Part shown: positions 9,806 through 19,025 of the stretch, piece by piece | Layout: the number at the start of each line of letters is the position of its first letter | Position numbering within the stretch: position 1 is the stretch's first letter | NCBI RefSeq assembly: GCF_035285525.1 | Contig: NZ_JAYKGW010000150.1 | Location: 1 to 26,536, forward strand | Origin: Okeania sp. | GTDB lineage: Bacteria > Cyanobacteriota > Cyanobacteriia > Cyanobacteriales > Microcoleaceae | Direction: 5' to 3' | DNA length: 26,536 nt | Translations under genes and position numbers: made by a program | Notes under the pieces: model-generated | The model's database searches: none | What the model was told of the DNA's origin: nothing | What the model saw: the letters and a program-made list of their open reading frames with translations, nothing else

Positions 9806-11026
9806 ATGCAAACCCTAGTTAACCCAACCAAAACCCCAGTAAACCAACCCGCTTTTGACACTACTATCCATCGCCGAAAAACTCGCCCTGTCAAAGTAGG
9901 TGATATAACCATCGGAGGTGGCCATCCAGTTGTCGTCCAGTCAATGATCAACGAAGATACTCTTGACATTGACCGTTCCGTAGCTGCTATTCGACGTTTA
10001 CACGAAATAGGTTGCGAAATTGTCCGTGTCACCGTTCCTAGTATGGCTCATGCTAAATCTTTAGCAGAAATCAAACAGAAATTAGGACAAACCTACAAAC
10101 CTGTACCACTGGTTGCTGACGTTCACCATAATGGTATGAAAATTGCCCTAGAAGTGGCCAAACACGTTGATAAAGTCCGAATTAATCCTGGTTTATATGT
10201 CTTTGAAAAGCCACAAACCGATAGAAACGAATATACCCAAACAGAATTTGCCGAAATAGGTGATAAAATTCGTGAAACTCTAGAACCCTTGGTAGTCTCC
10301 CTCAGAGACCAAAACAAGGCTATGCGCATAGGAGTTAATCATGGGTCTCTAGCTGAAAGAATGCTATTTACTTATGGGGACACCCCAGAAGGTATGGTAG
10401 AGTCAGCCCTAGAGTTTATCAAAATTTGTCAGTCTTTAGACTACTATAATATAGTAGTTTCTCTCAAAGCCTCACGAGTACCAGTCATGTTAGCTGCTTA
10501 TCGGTTGATGGTAAAGCGCATGGATGAACTAGGTATGGCTTACCCTTTACATTTGGGTGTAACAGAAGCGGGTGATGGAGAGTATGGTCGAATTAAGTCT
10601 ACTGCTGGTATTGCTACACTTTTAGCGGAAGGAATAGGAGATACAATTCGCGTATCTTTAACTGAAGCACCCGAAAAAGAGATTCCAGTTTGTTATGGTA
10701 TTCTCCAAGCCTTGGGTTTACGAAAGACAATGGTAGAGTATGTAGCTTGTCCTTCCTGTGGCCGAACATTATTCAATCTTGAGGATGTTCTACATCAAGT
10801 GCGAGAGGCAACAAAACACTTAACAGGATTGGATATTGCTGTTATGGGTTGTATTGTTAATGGTCCAGGAGAAATGGCTGATGCAGATTATGGTTATGTA
10901 GGTAAGCAAGCTGGTTATATCTCTTTATATCGTGGACGGGAAGAAATTAAGAAAGTACCCGAGTCCCAGGGAGTGGAGGAATTGATTAATTTAATTAAAG
11001 CTGATGGGCGTTGGGTTGAACCTTAG
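9806..11026 (+). CDS. ispG: 4-hydroxy-3-methylbut-2-en-1-yl diphosphate synthase (ferredoxin), MEP pathway
   Basis: 406-aa ORF with a full-length IspG/GcpE pattern: [31 protein letters not shown], and the Fe-S cysteines in CPSCGRT and GCIVNGPGE. Confidence 0.95.
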   Translation: MQTLVNPTKTPVNQPAFDTTIHRRKTRPVKVGDITIGGGHPVVVQSMINEDTLDIDRSVAAIRRLHEIGCEIVRVTVPSMAHAKSLAEIKQKLGQTYKPVPLVADVHHNGMKIALEVAKHVDKVRINPGLYVFEKPQTDRNEYTQTEFAEIGDKIRETLEPLVVSLRDQNKAMRIGVNHGSLAERMLFTYGDTPEGMVESALEFIKICQSLDYYNIVVSLKASRVPVMLAAYRLMVKRMDELGMAYPLHLGVTEAGDGEYGRIKSTAGIATLLAEGIGDTIRVSLTEAPEKEIPVCYGILQALGLRKTMVEYVACPSCGRTLFNLEDVLHQVREATKHLTGLDIAVMGCIVNGPGEMADADYGYVGKQAGYISLYRGREEIKKVPESQGVEELINLIKADGRWVEP

Positions 11027-11051
11027 TTTATAATTTAAGTATTGTATGATG

Positions 11052-11074
11052 GGAGTGTATTGTTTTTACACTCC
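11052..11074 (+). terminator. Hairpin 26 nt after the ispG stop (possible terminator, no U-tract)
   Basis: GGAGTGTA (11052-11059), loop TTGTTTT, TACACTCC (11067-11074): a perfect 8-bp stem. The downstream sequence TATGTCC is not U-rich. Confidence 0.35.
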
Positions 11075-11275
11075 TATGTCCGGAATCTCAATCAGTTAGT
11101 TTGGATATCGATAACAAGATAGTTTATTAGTTTGATTTAGTCTTAATAAAAGCCAATAATTAATATTTATTTATAGATACTCTAATAACATTTTGGATTA
11201 TCAAGGATTAGGCTAGGTTTAATAAATTATTTGTTAAATCAAAGTCAAATTCTTTATTAAATACAAGAAAGATAG

Positions 11276-11387
11276 TTACAGCAAATTAATTATAAGTATA
11301 TAAAGTACAGATATTAATAATCAAATATTTTCAGTGCGAACTGGAAAGCTCCCGTGGGTGTACCTCACCAAAATTGAATCTGCTGTA
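11276..11387 (+). mobile_element. MITE-like element, family B, copy 2
   Basis: Left end TTACAGCAAATT (one mismatch), right end GAATCTGCTGTAA. The core is shared with copies 1 and 3. Confidence 0.65.
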
Positions 11388-11539
11388 AAAAATAGTAAGC
11401 ATTCTACTAGCTGACCTTTAGCAAATCGCTTTTTCACTTAGTAATATACTAGCATTTGTTAATGACAAAACTTAACTTCATTGATAACTTTTTATTCTGC
11501 TTGAAGAACATTTTCTACTTTAGTGCGATAATGAGTTAA

Positions 11540-11647
11540 TTACAGCAGATTCCAACCATAAGAAATGCAGATTGAAAAATTAAATTTTTTCAGTGCGAAC
11601 TGTAAAGCTCACCTGAGTGTACCTCACCAAAATGAAATCTGCTGTAA
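11540..11647 (+). mobile_element. MITE-like element, family B, copy 3 (intact 13-bp TIRs)
   Basis: TTACAGCAGATTC at the left end and GA(A)ATCTGCTGTAA at the right end. The internal CAGTGCGAACTGTAAAGCTCACCTGAGTGTACCTCACCAAAATG matches copy 2. Confidence 0.7.
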
Positions 11648-12017
11648 GTTATAATTGATAGTTGATAGCTAAGTCGGTTGGTAAAAAAATTATAAGCACG
11701 TCTGTAGCGACTGGAACAGAGTGGAAAAAAAGCAATCTCCAGGATTTAAACAGGTTTAAAATTTAGTTGCATAGTGATGTTTATTTATGCTTACCTACTT
11801 ATGAATGCTTACCAAAAATATTCAATAACTTGATAAATAAATCATAATTTTGGATACCTACAAAACTCAAACTAGATCATAAAAAAATAAATGATCAAAC
11901 TTCTATCCCTGACATTTATCAATAGATTTTTAGTAGAAAAACTTGACTTGAAAGAAGTAGTTTGTACTTAATAAATGAGTAAAATAATATCTTTTAAGAA
12001 AGTAAAAGAGAATTTTA

Positions 12018-12161
12018 ATATCATGTCCGTTGGTATCAGAGTGTGTAAAAAGTTAGGGAAATATCCACCTTCTGCAAGATTTTTCCAACTCTAACAACTT
12101 CTTTCTTTTTCCTTCTTTCTTGCCTTCATTTATACAATACCGATGCTACCGGACATGATAT
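12018..12161 (+). mobile_element. MITE-like element, family C, copy 1
   Basis: 20-bp imperfect TIRs: ATATCATGTCCGTTGGTATC (left) versus the reverse complement of GATGCTACCGGACATGATAT (right). The interior is polypyrimidine-rich (CTTCTTTCTTTTTCCTTCTTTCTTGCC). Confidence 0.6.
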
Positions 12162-12480
12162 AATCCAACCTCTAAAAAGTTGATAGCTAGTTAAACTAGA
12201 AGACACAAACTCACTCTGTGTAATAATCTTAATATGCTAAATTGGGTATATATATTATATATTAATTAATAGACGATGGATAGTGGGCAATCAATAATGG
12301 ATAATGGAAACTATAGCAATGCGGGCTTATGTTTTCATAACTCAAAAATTAGCAATAAACTCTGAAACTCTTACCCATTAACCATTGCCTCGCAACCTAT
12401 TCCCCATAAAGTAGCAAAATTTTTGACACGAATAAAAGTGGAAATCTTATTTCTTTAATTATCAATTATCCATTATTAAT

Positions 12481-12738
12481 TAGCACTTGCTGGTTAAATA
12501 TCAAAATCTTGACGAGCTTAAGGTTTGACCCTTTTCAGGTACTAATAAAGTACCAGATTCTGGGTGGTAATGCTTCAAAAATCTAGGATTTTTGGCAACA
12601 TAAGGGTAGAAAATCAAGGGAGGATTCTTCTGACTACTTCTTCTATGATTCTCATTTCTACTCGATTCTGGATTCTGGATTCTGGATTCTGGATTCTGGA
12701 TTCTACCCCTACCACTCATACTTTTTCAGCAAACCCTA
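12481..12738 (+). mobile_element. MITE-like element, family A (left TIR degenerate), GATTCTG-heptamer subfamily
   Basis: Right end CTTTTTCAGCAAACCCTA; left end TAGCACTTGCTGGTTAAATATCAAAA. A perfect TAATTA duplication flanks it at 12477-12482 and 12737-12742. The interior aligns with 20924-21168 (CTAATAAAGTACCAG..., AAAAATCTAG.ATTTT.GGCA...). Confidence 0.8.
12664..12705. repeat. Heptanucleotide microsatellite (GATTCTG)x5 plus GATTCTA, inside a family-A MITE
   Basis: Read directly: six consecutive 7-nt units, STRR-like. Confidence 0.95.
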
Positions 12739-12797
12739 ATTATCCATTATCAATTATCAATTTGTAATTATTGTTTAAACTTAACTCAACGAATAAA

Positions 12798-14087
12798 ATG
12801 GTTATAGCAAAACGTGGACTAATCCTTGGTGCAACAGCATTAATGTTAACAGGTGTTACTGTAATTGGCGCTGGTATTCATCTTTCTTCTCAAGCATCAT
12901 TAAATAATAACGACACTAAAGAATTAATCGACCAAGTTTGGCAGATTATTGACAAAACTTATGTAGATGGTACTTTTAATCAAGTAGACTGGAAAGCAAC
13001 TCGTACTGAATTTCTGGATAAAAGTTACACCAGTGACGAACAAGCTTATGATGCTATTAGGGAAATGTTGGAAAAGTTAGGCGACCCTTATACCCGCTTT
13101 ATGGATCCCGAAGAATTTAAAAATATGCAAATAGATACTTCTGGGGAACTAACAGGTGTAGGTATTCAGCTAACCCAAGACGAAGATACAAAAGAATTAG
13201 TAGTTATTTCACCAATAGAAGATACTCCAGCTTTTGATGCAGGTATTCAAGCTAAAGATATTATTACCAAAATTAACGGTCAAAGCACTCAGGGGATGGA
13301 CCTTAACGACGCGGTAAGTTTGATTCGGGGTTCTATCGGTAGTCAAGTAACTTTAACTATTAAACGAGAAAATCGGGAAATAGAGTTTCCCATTGTGAGG
13401 GCAAAAATTGAAATTCATCCTGTTAAGTATTCTCAGAAAGAAAGTTCTTTAGGCAAGATTGGTTATATCCGCTTAAATCAATTTAGTGCTAATGCTACAG
13501 GTGAGATGCGAGAAGCAATAAATGATTTAGAAAGTCAGGATGTATCAGGTTATATTCTGGATTTACGTTCTAACCCTGGTGGATTGTTATACTCTAGTAT
13601 AGAAATTGCCAGGATGTGGTTATCTCGTGGAGATATTGTTTCCACTGTTAATCGCAATGGGGTAACAGATCGTCAGAAGGCTAATAATAAATCTTTGACA
13701 GATAAGCCATTAGTTATTATGGTAGATGGAGGTTCTGCTAGTGCTAGTGAGATTCTTTCTGGCGCTCTACAAGATAACAAACGAGCTAAGTTAGTTGGGA
13801 CTAAGACTTTTGGCAAAGGTTTAGTCCAATCTGTTCGGGGTGTTGGTCAAGGCGCAGGTTTGGCAGTAACTATTGCTAAGTATTTTACCCCTAATGGTCG
13901 TGATATTAACCATGAGGGAATCAAGCCAGATGAGAAAATATCTTTGACAGATGCACAGAAAGAGATGTTACGGAAAAATCGCAGTAAGATAGGAACTATT
14001 GAAGACCCTCAATATGCTAAAGCATTAGAAGTTTTGACTCAAGAAATTGCTACTTTGCAAAACAATAAAGCTGAGTCTGCCAAGTAG
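12798..14087 (+). CDS. Carboxyl-terminal processing protease (S41 family, PDZ domain; Ctp)
   Basis: N-terminal TM/signal segment, PDZ region (GELTGVGIQL...IISPIEDTPAFDAGIQAKDIITKING) and S41 catalytic core (GYILDLRSNPGGLL, GGSASASEILSGALQDN, TFGKGLVQS). The ORF track opens at TTG 12771. ATG 12798 (MVIAKRGL...) is the more likely start. I cannot decide between the CtpA/B/C paralogues by eye. Confidence 0.9.
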   Translation: MVIAKRGLILGATALMLTGVTVIGAGIHLSSQASLNNNDTKELIDQVWQIIDKTYVDGTFNQVDWKATRTEFLDKSYTSDEQAYDAIREMLEKLGDPYTRFMDPEEFKNMQIDTSGELTGVGIQLTQDEDTKELVVISPIEDTPAFDAGIQAKDIITKINGQSTQGMDLNDAVSLIRGSIGSQVTLTIKRENREIEFPIVRAKIEIHPVKYSQKESSLGKIGYIRLNQFSANATGEMREAINDLESQDVSGYILDLRSNPGGLLYSSIEIARMWLSRGDIVSTVNRNGVTDRQKANNKSLTDKPLVIMVDGGSASASEILSGALQDNKRAKLVGTKTFGKGLVQSVRGVGQGAGLAVTIAKYFTPNGRDINHEGIKPDEKISLTDAQKEMLRKNRSKIGTIEDPQYAKALEVLTQEIATLQNNKAESAK

Positions 14088-14106
14088 AAGCATAATTTCA
14101 ATTAAT

Positions 14107-14504
14107 TAGGGTTGGCGTATGGAAAGCTAAAAGTCAGAATAAATTAAGTGTTAGGAACTTTATATCTTCAGTAGTTATCTTAGTTATTGGCTTTTGTGGG
14201 CATCAATTTATTGAGATTTTCTACTGAGATTCCAGAAAATTTATGCACGAACAATGACAGAAACCTTTGCCTGTTTCCCCCATATCCGGGTCTCCGGGTC
14301 TTCGTGGCTCCGTGTCCTACCCTCACCAAGCAATTTATTCAGCGTCTTTTCGGTGCGTGGGTAGGGAACAGGGAAGACTCTTAGACATTCTGCTGCAGAC
14401 AAATTTTCTGATCATCAGAGTCAAACATTTACCATTTTGAGACAACAATAGCCAAAAATTAGGTACTTTCACGGTTCTCGATCAATCAGGACTTAAAAAA
14501 GTAT
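14107..14504 (-). mobile_element. Two adjacent reverse-oriented family-A MITE copies (internal junction near 14345 uncertain)
   Basis: 14107 TAGGGTTGGCGTATGGAAAG is the reverse complement of the right-end type CTTTCCATACGCACACCCTA seen at 15083-15102. TAATTA lies immediately upstream (14103-14108). 14420-14466 matches the reverse complement of 20135-20181 at about 38 of 47 positions. Confidence 0.55.
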
Positions 14505-14694
14505 TAGGGTTTAGGTATCAAAAATTGGGAACTTTTAGGTTACTGAGGTACGTTTACCGAAAAATCAAAAATTGAACATTTTCGGCTAACTATAATATAA
14601 GAATCACTCTTACTGTCTTTACGGCCAACTCCTATTTTTCTTAACTCTTGACTATTCCCTACTTCCACCATCAGACCTTTGAGCGCCAACCCTA
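14505..14694 (+). mobile_element. Family-A MITE copy (shortened)
   Basis: Starts TAGGGTTTAGG and ends GAGCGCCAACCCTA. The interior (ACTTTTAGGT...CGAAAAATCAAAAAT...) aligns with 17013-17281. Flanks are TATTA / TATTTA. Confidence 0.6.
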
Positions 14695-14837
14695 TTTATT
14701 TGTTACTTTTGAGATTTAATCAGCAAGCCTTGCCTATTTTTATCCATCACCTCCACTTCTTATATACCAGAAAACTATTATTTTTTACCACTTTACTCTA
14801 AACTAAAAATCAATTATCCTTTACATCTCTATACATT

Positions 14838-15102
14838 TAGAGCTAGCTGATTAAATGTCAAAGTCTTTATAGCTAAGTACCTTTTTTGGTCGTAAAAAAG
14901 TCAGATTATTGCCTGATCAGGCTGCTCAAGTGATTATTTTACTAAGGTAGGAGTACTAAAGTCAAGAAATAATTTTTGCGAGTATGTCCTATACAACTCC
15001 TTATTCCTCTTTACTTCCCCTCCTGGGAGTGGTTAGGGTTAGGGGTGGGTTGACTCTCTACTCCCTGTCAAGCGCCAAAAGACTTTCCATACGCACACCC
15101 TA
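14838..15102 (+). mobile_element. Family-A MITE copy
   Basis: Left end TAGAGCTAGCTGATTAAATGTCAAAG; right end GACTTTCCATACGCACACCCTA. Flanking hexamers are CATTTA / TATTTA (5 of 6). Confidence 0.7.
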
Positions 15103-15137
15103 TTTATACATAACAATCTGTAACTGAGATACCTATA

Positions 15138-15267
15138 ATATCATATCCGGTTGAATAGTTACATTTCGGAGAAACGAAGGCAGCTATGCTCAAGCTTTTC
15201 TGCTATTTTTACCTTGATTTTATACACGCACAGTGCCCGAAAAATCCGATGCTAATGGACATGATAT
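15138..15267 (+). mobile_element. MITE-like element, family C, copy 2
   Basis: Left end ATATCATATCCGGTTGAATA; right end CCGATGCTAATGGACATGATAT. The termini match copy 1 but the interior has diverged. Confidence 0.5.
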
Positions 15268-15385
15268 AATTTCAATTTTATTTTGTTTGTAATCAGGATT
15301 AAGAAAAAGAATTCGTAAATCCATACATATTTGTTAACTTTCCATTACAATCAAGAGAAAAAATTAAAATCAATAAACTAGGTCA

Positions 15386-16741
15386 TTGAGGGAGGATAGA
15401 ACCATTAATCAAAAATTAAATTCAATAGAAAAAACCGAGAAGCCAAACTTATCCCCTATAAATCAGTCAATATTAAAAATTTGGGGTCCTTCTCATTTAC
15501 AAGGAAACATAAATATTAGTGGTGCTAAAAATTCAGCACTCCCTGCAATGGCAGCAACAATACTTTCTTCAGGAGTTTGTCGTTTACGTCAAATCCCATG
15601 TCTAGCAGATATTAACACAATGGGAAAAGTTTTATCTGCCCTGGGAGCAAAAATCAAACACAATGGCAATACTTTAGATATAGATGCTAGTATCCTAAAT
15701 ACTACTGAAGCTCCTTATGAATTAGTAAGACAATTGCGTGCTAGTTTTTTTGCTATAGGTCCTATTTTAGCGAAGTGGGGAAAGGCTCATGTTCCATTAC
15801 CTGGTGGATGTGCTATTGGTGCTAGACCCGTTGACCTTCATGTTAAAGGTTTAGAAGCTCTAGGAGCAGAAGTCCATATCGAACATGGTATGGTTAATGC
15901 TTATATCAGTGGTAGTAAAACTAGGTTGCAAGGGGCAAAAATTGTTCTGGGTTATCCTAGTGTTGGAGCTACTGAAACTTTAATGATGGCAGCTACTTTG
16001 GCTGAAGGAAAAACAATCATTGAAAATTCAGCTCAGGAACCAGAAGTAGAAGACTTAGCTAATCTATGTATAGCTATGGGTGCTAATATTTCTGGTGCAG
16101 GTACAAAAACTATAGAAATATCTGGAGTACCAAAGTTACATGCAGTTGATTATACTATTATCCCTGACCGAATAGAAGCTGGGACATTTTTAATAGCTGC
16201 TACAATTACAAATTCAGAAATAACTATTTCACCAGTAGTTCCTAAACATTTAAGTGCAGTTATTTCTAAACTTGAGTCAGTAGGAGTAAAAATTCAACAA
16301 GAAACATCAGATAGTCTACGGATTTTACCTGGTGAATCATTAAAGTGTACTGATATTGAAACTCAACCATATCCTGGTTTTCCGACTGATATGCAAGCTC
16401 CTTTCATGGCCTTATTAAGTATCTGTTCAGGAACTTCTACTGTTACAGAGACGGTATTTGAGAATCGTATGCGTCATGTCTCTGAGTTAAATAGAATGGG
16501 TGCAGATATTCAGGTAAAAGGAAATACAGCTACTATCCAAGGAGTACCCAAGTTATCGGCTGCTCCAGTAATTGGAACTGACCTCAGAGCTTCCGCTGCT
16601 TTAATTTTAGCAGCTTTAGCAGCAGAAGGGGAAACAACTTTTCAGGGCATACATCATCTTAGCCGAGGCTACGAACAAATAGAAGTTAAATTACAAAAAT
16701 TAGGGGTAAAATTGCAAAGAGTAGACTCAGTTGAAAGATAG
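15386..16741 (+). CDS. murA: UDP-N-acetylglucosamine 1-carboxyvinyltransferase
   Basis: 451-aa ORF with [10 protein letters not shown], the active-site loop [16 protein letters not shown] (Cys retained), [15 protein letters not shown] and [13 protein letters not shown]. The only in-frame start before the conserved LKIWG segment is TTG 15386, so the exact start is uncertain. Confidence 0.93.
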   Translation: MREDRTINQKLNSIEKTEKPNLSPINQSILKIWGPSHLQGNINISGAKNSALPAMAATILSSGVCRLRQIPCLADINTMGKVLSALGAKIKHNGNTLDIDASILNTTEAPYELVRQLRASFFAIGPILAKWGKAHVPLPGGCAIGARPVDLHVKGLEALGAEVHIEHGMVNAYISGSKTRLQGAKIVLGYPSVGATETLMMAATLAEGKTIIENSAQEPEVEDLANLCIAMGANISGAGTKTIEISGVPKLHAVDYTIIPDRIEAGTFLIAATITNSEITISPVVPKHLSAVISKLESVGVKIQQETSDSLRILPGESLKCTDIETQPYPGFPTDMQAPFMALLSICSGTSTVTETVFENRMRHVSELNRMGADIQVKGNTATIQGVPKLSAAPVIGTDLRASAALILAALAAEGETTFQGIHHLSRGYEQIEVKLQKLGVKLQRVDSVER

Positions 16742-17012
16742 TAACTAAAGGGCCTAAGCCAAATCAATTAGGGATTGGTAGCTTCATAAAGTACCAATTA
16801 TTAGTAAATAAAAAAACTGTGCTTGTCCGCAGGGAGGCGGTAATATTAGGCTCAAGCTTAATTAGCCAGAGTCAACTTAGCCCTAGGCGAAGTCTTCTCC
16901 GAGAGTAGAGATTGCTATTCTGCATATGATCTGGTAGCATATTTTTGGGCTACTCCCTTACCTAATTTCCTGACATTGAATTATTATATTGATAGCCCAT
17001 ACATCTCTAGAA

Positions 17013-17281
17013 TAGGGCTATATCATTAAATGTCAAAGTCTTTGTAGGCATTAGTTTCAGCTTTTGCAAATACTAAAAAAATGCCGACTTTTAGGTAATT
17101 CCAGTATGGTTCCCGAAAAATCAAAAATCCAGGTTTTGGGCAAGATGGGGGTAAAAAATCATGCTGTTGATTCTTCTGGTTACCTCTTCTATGATTATTA
17201 TTCCCATAGGGATTCTGAATTCTCGATTCTGACTCCTTCCCTGATCAAAAGACTTTTGAGTGCAAACCCTAGAATAGAGTC
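17013..17281 (+). mobile_element. Family-A MITE copy
   Basis: Left end TAGGGCTATATCATTAAATGTCAAAG; right end GACTTTTGAGTGCAAACCCTA. A perfect 7-bp TAGAATA duplication lies at 17008-17014 and 17280-17286. There is an internal degenerate heptamer run (GATTCTG AATTCTC GATTCTG ACTCCTT). Confidence 0.85.
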
Positions 17282-17339
17282 TGTGTGGATTACTTGAGTT
17301 ATGCTATTATATCATTGATAGGTTTAAAATCAAGCAAGT

Positions 17340-18212
17340 ATGGCTTTGACAACAACACAACTAATTGGCTTAAAGGCAAATCATTTTCGGCATCCCCGGG
17401 ATCTAGAGGCAACTAATACTCTAAAACAACTTCCTGGTCTTGACTTATTAGTTAGACAGTTATTAGGTCAATTAGGTGAACAATTTTTCTATATGGAAAA
17501 TATAGCTTCTAGTGTTTTAGTTAGTGAATCACAATTGCCTGATTTACATAAAAGATTATTGAATGCTTGTCAAGCACTTGATTTAGAACCACCACAATTA
17601 TATGTTCGTCAACATCCTGTGCCTAATGCTTATACATTTGCTATGCGAGGGAAGCAACCTTTTATTGTTGTTCATACATCTTTAATAGATTTGCTCAACT
17701 TAGAAGAAGTCCAAGCAGTATTAGGTCACGAATTAGGACATTTGAAATGTGAGCATGGAGTATATCTTACATTAGCTAATTTAATTGTACTTGCCACTGG
17801 ACAAATTTCGACATGGGGTGGTATAATAGCTCAAAGTATACAAAGTCAAATACTCGAATGGTTAAGATGTGCTGAATTTAGCTGCGATCGCGCAGCTTTA
17901 CTGGCTACACAAGACCCTCAAGTAGTTGTATCAGTTTTGATGAAGTTAGCTGGTGGTTCTCCCACTTTATCACCTCAACTCAATGTTGATGCTTTTTTAG
18001 CTCAGGCAAGAGCTTACAATGAGTTTAGTAATACGGAATTGGGTGAAGTTTTTAGGGAAGTCCAAACAGCTCAGTTGACTCATCCATTACCTGTATTAAG
18101 AGCTAAAGAAATTGATAAATGGGCAAGTAGTAAAAAATATCAAAATCTATTGCAAAGTTTATCAATAGATGTGTACAATAAAAAAAGTCAGGGCGAATGG
18201 CGAAATTGGTAG
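17340..18212 (+). CDS. M48-family zinc metallopeptidase
   Basis: 290-aa ORF with HELGHLKCEH (HExxH) and the downstream CAEFSCDRAAL segment typical of the cyanobacterial M48 group. The last 22 nt, including stop TAG 18210-18212, overlap the tRNA-Leu gene. Confidence 0.85.
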   Translation: MALTTTQLIGLKANHFRHPRDLEATNTLKQLPGLDLLVRQLLGQLGEQFFYMENIASSVLVSESQLPDLHKRLLNACQALDLEPPQLYVRQHPVPNAYTFAMRGKQPFIVVHTSLIDLLNLEEVQAVLGHELGHLKCEHGVYLTLANLIVLATGQISTWGGIIAQSIQSQILEWLRCAEFSCDRAALLATQDPQVVVSVLMKLAGGSPTLSPQLNVDAFLAQARAYNEFSNTELGEVFREVQTAQLTHPLPVLRAKEIDKWASSKKYQNLLQSLSIDVYNKKSQGEWRNW

Positions 18213-18272
18213 ACGCACCACACTCAAAATGTGGCGACTTCGGTCATGTCGGTTCGAGTCCGACTTTGCCCA
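18191..18272 (+). tRNA. tRNA-Leu (anticodon CAA)
   Basis: Hand-folded cloverleaf. Acceptor: GGGCGAA / TTTGCCC (one G-U pair). D arm: GCG-AAATTGGTAGA-CGC. Anticodon arm: CCACA-CTCAAAA-TGTGG, with CAA at 18225-18227. There is a long variable arm with a GAC-TTCG-GTC hairpin. T arm: GTCGG-TTCGAGT-CCGAC. Discriminator A; CCA is not encoded; no intron. Confidence 0.93.
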
Positions 18273-18308
18273 TGTTTATAGTTTTGTAGGGGATGGAGAT
18301 GTAAAAAT

Positions 18309-18479
18309 ATGGTGAAGTTGAAAAGATGGGAGTCTCCCCGAAAACAGGGGCGAAATATTAAAGGAAAAGGAGGAACTGCAAGATTAAGACAAATAAGAAA
18401 GCAGCAAAACCTACTTATCAAAAAATTAATGAGTCTAGAAGAAGGAGCTTATGGTTCCTTCTTTTTATTTCTCTATTAG
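18309..18479 (+). CDS. Possible 56-aa basic small protein (not in the supplied ORF track)
   Basis: Hand-translated: ATG 18309 is preceded by GGAG (18295-18298, 10-nt spacer). Product: MVKLKRWESPRKQGRNIKGKGGTARLRQIRKQQNLLIKKLMSLEEGAYGSFFLFLY. Stop TAG 18477-18479 coincides with the TAG of a MITE terminus. I recognise no homology. Confidence 0.25.
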   Translation: MVKLKRWESPRKQGRNIKGKGGTARLRQIRKQQNLLIKKLMSLEEGAYGSFFLFLY

Positions 18480-18686
18480 GGATTAGTTAAGAGTCACGAT
18501 TTCGGGGAGTTGCAGAGGAAGTACTTGAAAAAATAGTTCTTTAATTTTTCTGTCTTACTCCCTTCCTTACCCGACGCCAGATTAATATCAGTATATCATT
18601 ACAGGATATAGTTTATAGTCAGATTTTTCTAGGTAATCTTCTAGAGGGAAGGGAGTAGTTAGCCAAAATTCTCAGTTTTTAGGCTC
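18477..18686. repeat. Degenerate family-A-related repeat segment
   Basis: Starts TAGGGATTAG. It contains GTAGTTAGCCAAAATTC, which is related to the reverse complement of ATTTTCGGCTAACTA at 14589-14603. The boundaries and orientation are unclear. Confidence 0.35.
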
Positions 18687-18916
18687 AGGGGCTTGCTGAA
18701 AAAGTATTATGAGTGGGGGAGGAGTCAGGAGACAGAATAAGTCAGGAATTTACAGAAGACAGTAGGAATAATTGATTCCTTAATTTTTCAGCCAATAGTC
18801 AACCAAGATTATAGCTTTTTTAGCAATTGAAGAGCAAAAAACTGGCACTTTTTACCGACCTAAAAATTATCAAATCTTGATATATCAAAGTATTCATATT
18901 TCCATACGCAAACCCA
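18687..18916 (-). mobile_element. Family-A MITE copy, reverse orientation (GACTCCT-heptamer subfamily)
   Basis: AGGGGCTTGCTGAAAAAG...AATTTACAGAAGACAG.AGGAA.AATT...CCTTAATTTTTCAGCCAATAGTCAACCAA...TTTTTTAGCAATTGA.GAGCAAAAA. The segment aligns along its length with the reverse complement of 19546-19790. Confidence 0.8.
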
Positions 18917-19025
18917 AATTACCTAACCCCATGTATTATACTAAATACTAGCGGATAGTCTCTAATGATAAAGGGAATAATAGTCGCAACTTAACTAATG
19001 TTCAGAAACAGTAATTTTTTCCGCT

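Noticed and set aside
12501-12767. ORFs 12501..12719(-) and 12564..12767(+). Similar cases are 14187..14384(+), 17064..17297(+) and 18224..18421(-).
   Set aside because: They lie entirely within MITE copies. Their products are repeat-derived (e.g. RIQNPESRIQNPES from the heptamer array), or in the case of 18224..18421 the ORF runs antisense through the tRNA-Leu gene.
12771-12797. TTG 12771 as the start of the Ctp protease, and ATG 2293 as the start of the permease
   Set aside because: In both cases the extra N-terminal codons are AT-rich, add no plausible signal or TM sequence, and a conventional ATG follows (12798; 2239). They are retained only as alternatives.
18191-18272. Group I intron in tRNA-Leu (a known feature of cyanobacterial tRNA-Leu UAA)
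   Set aside because: This gene has anticodon CAA, folds as an uninterrupted 82-nt cloverleaf, and has no insertion in the anticodon loop.
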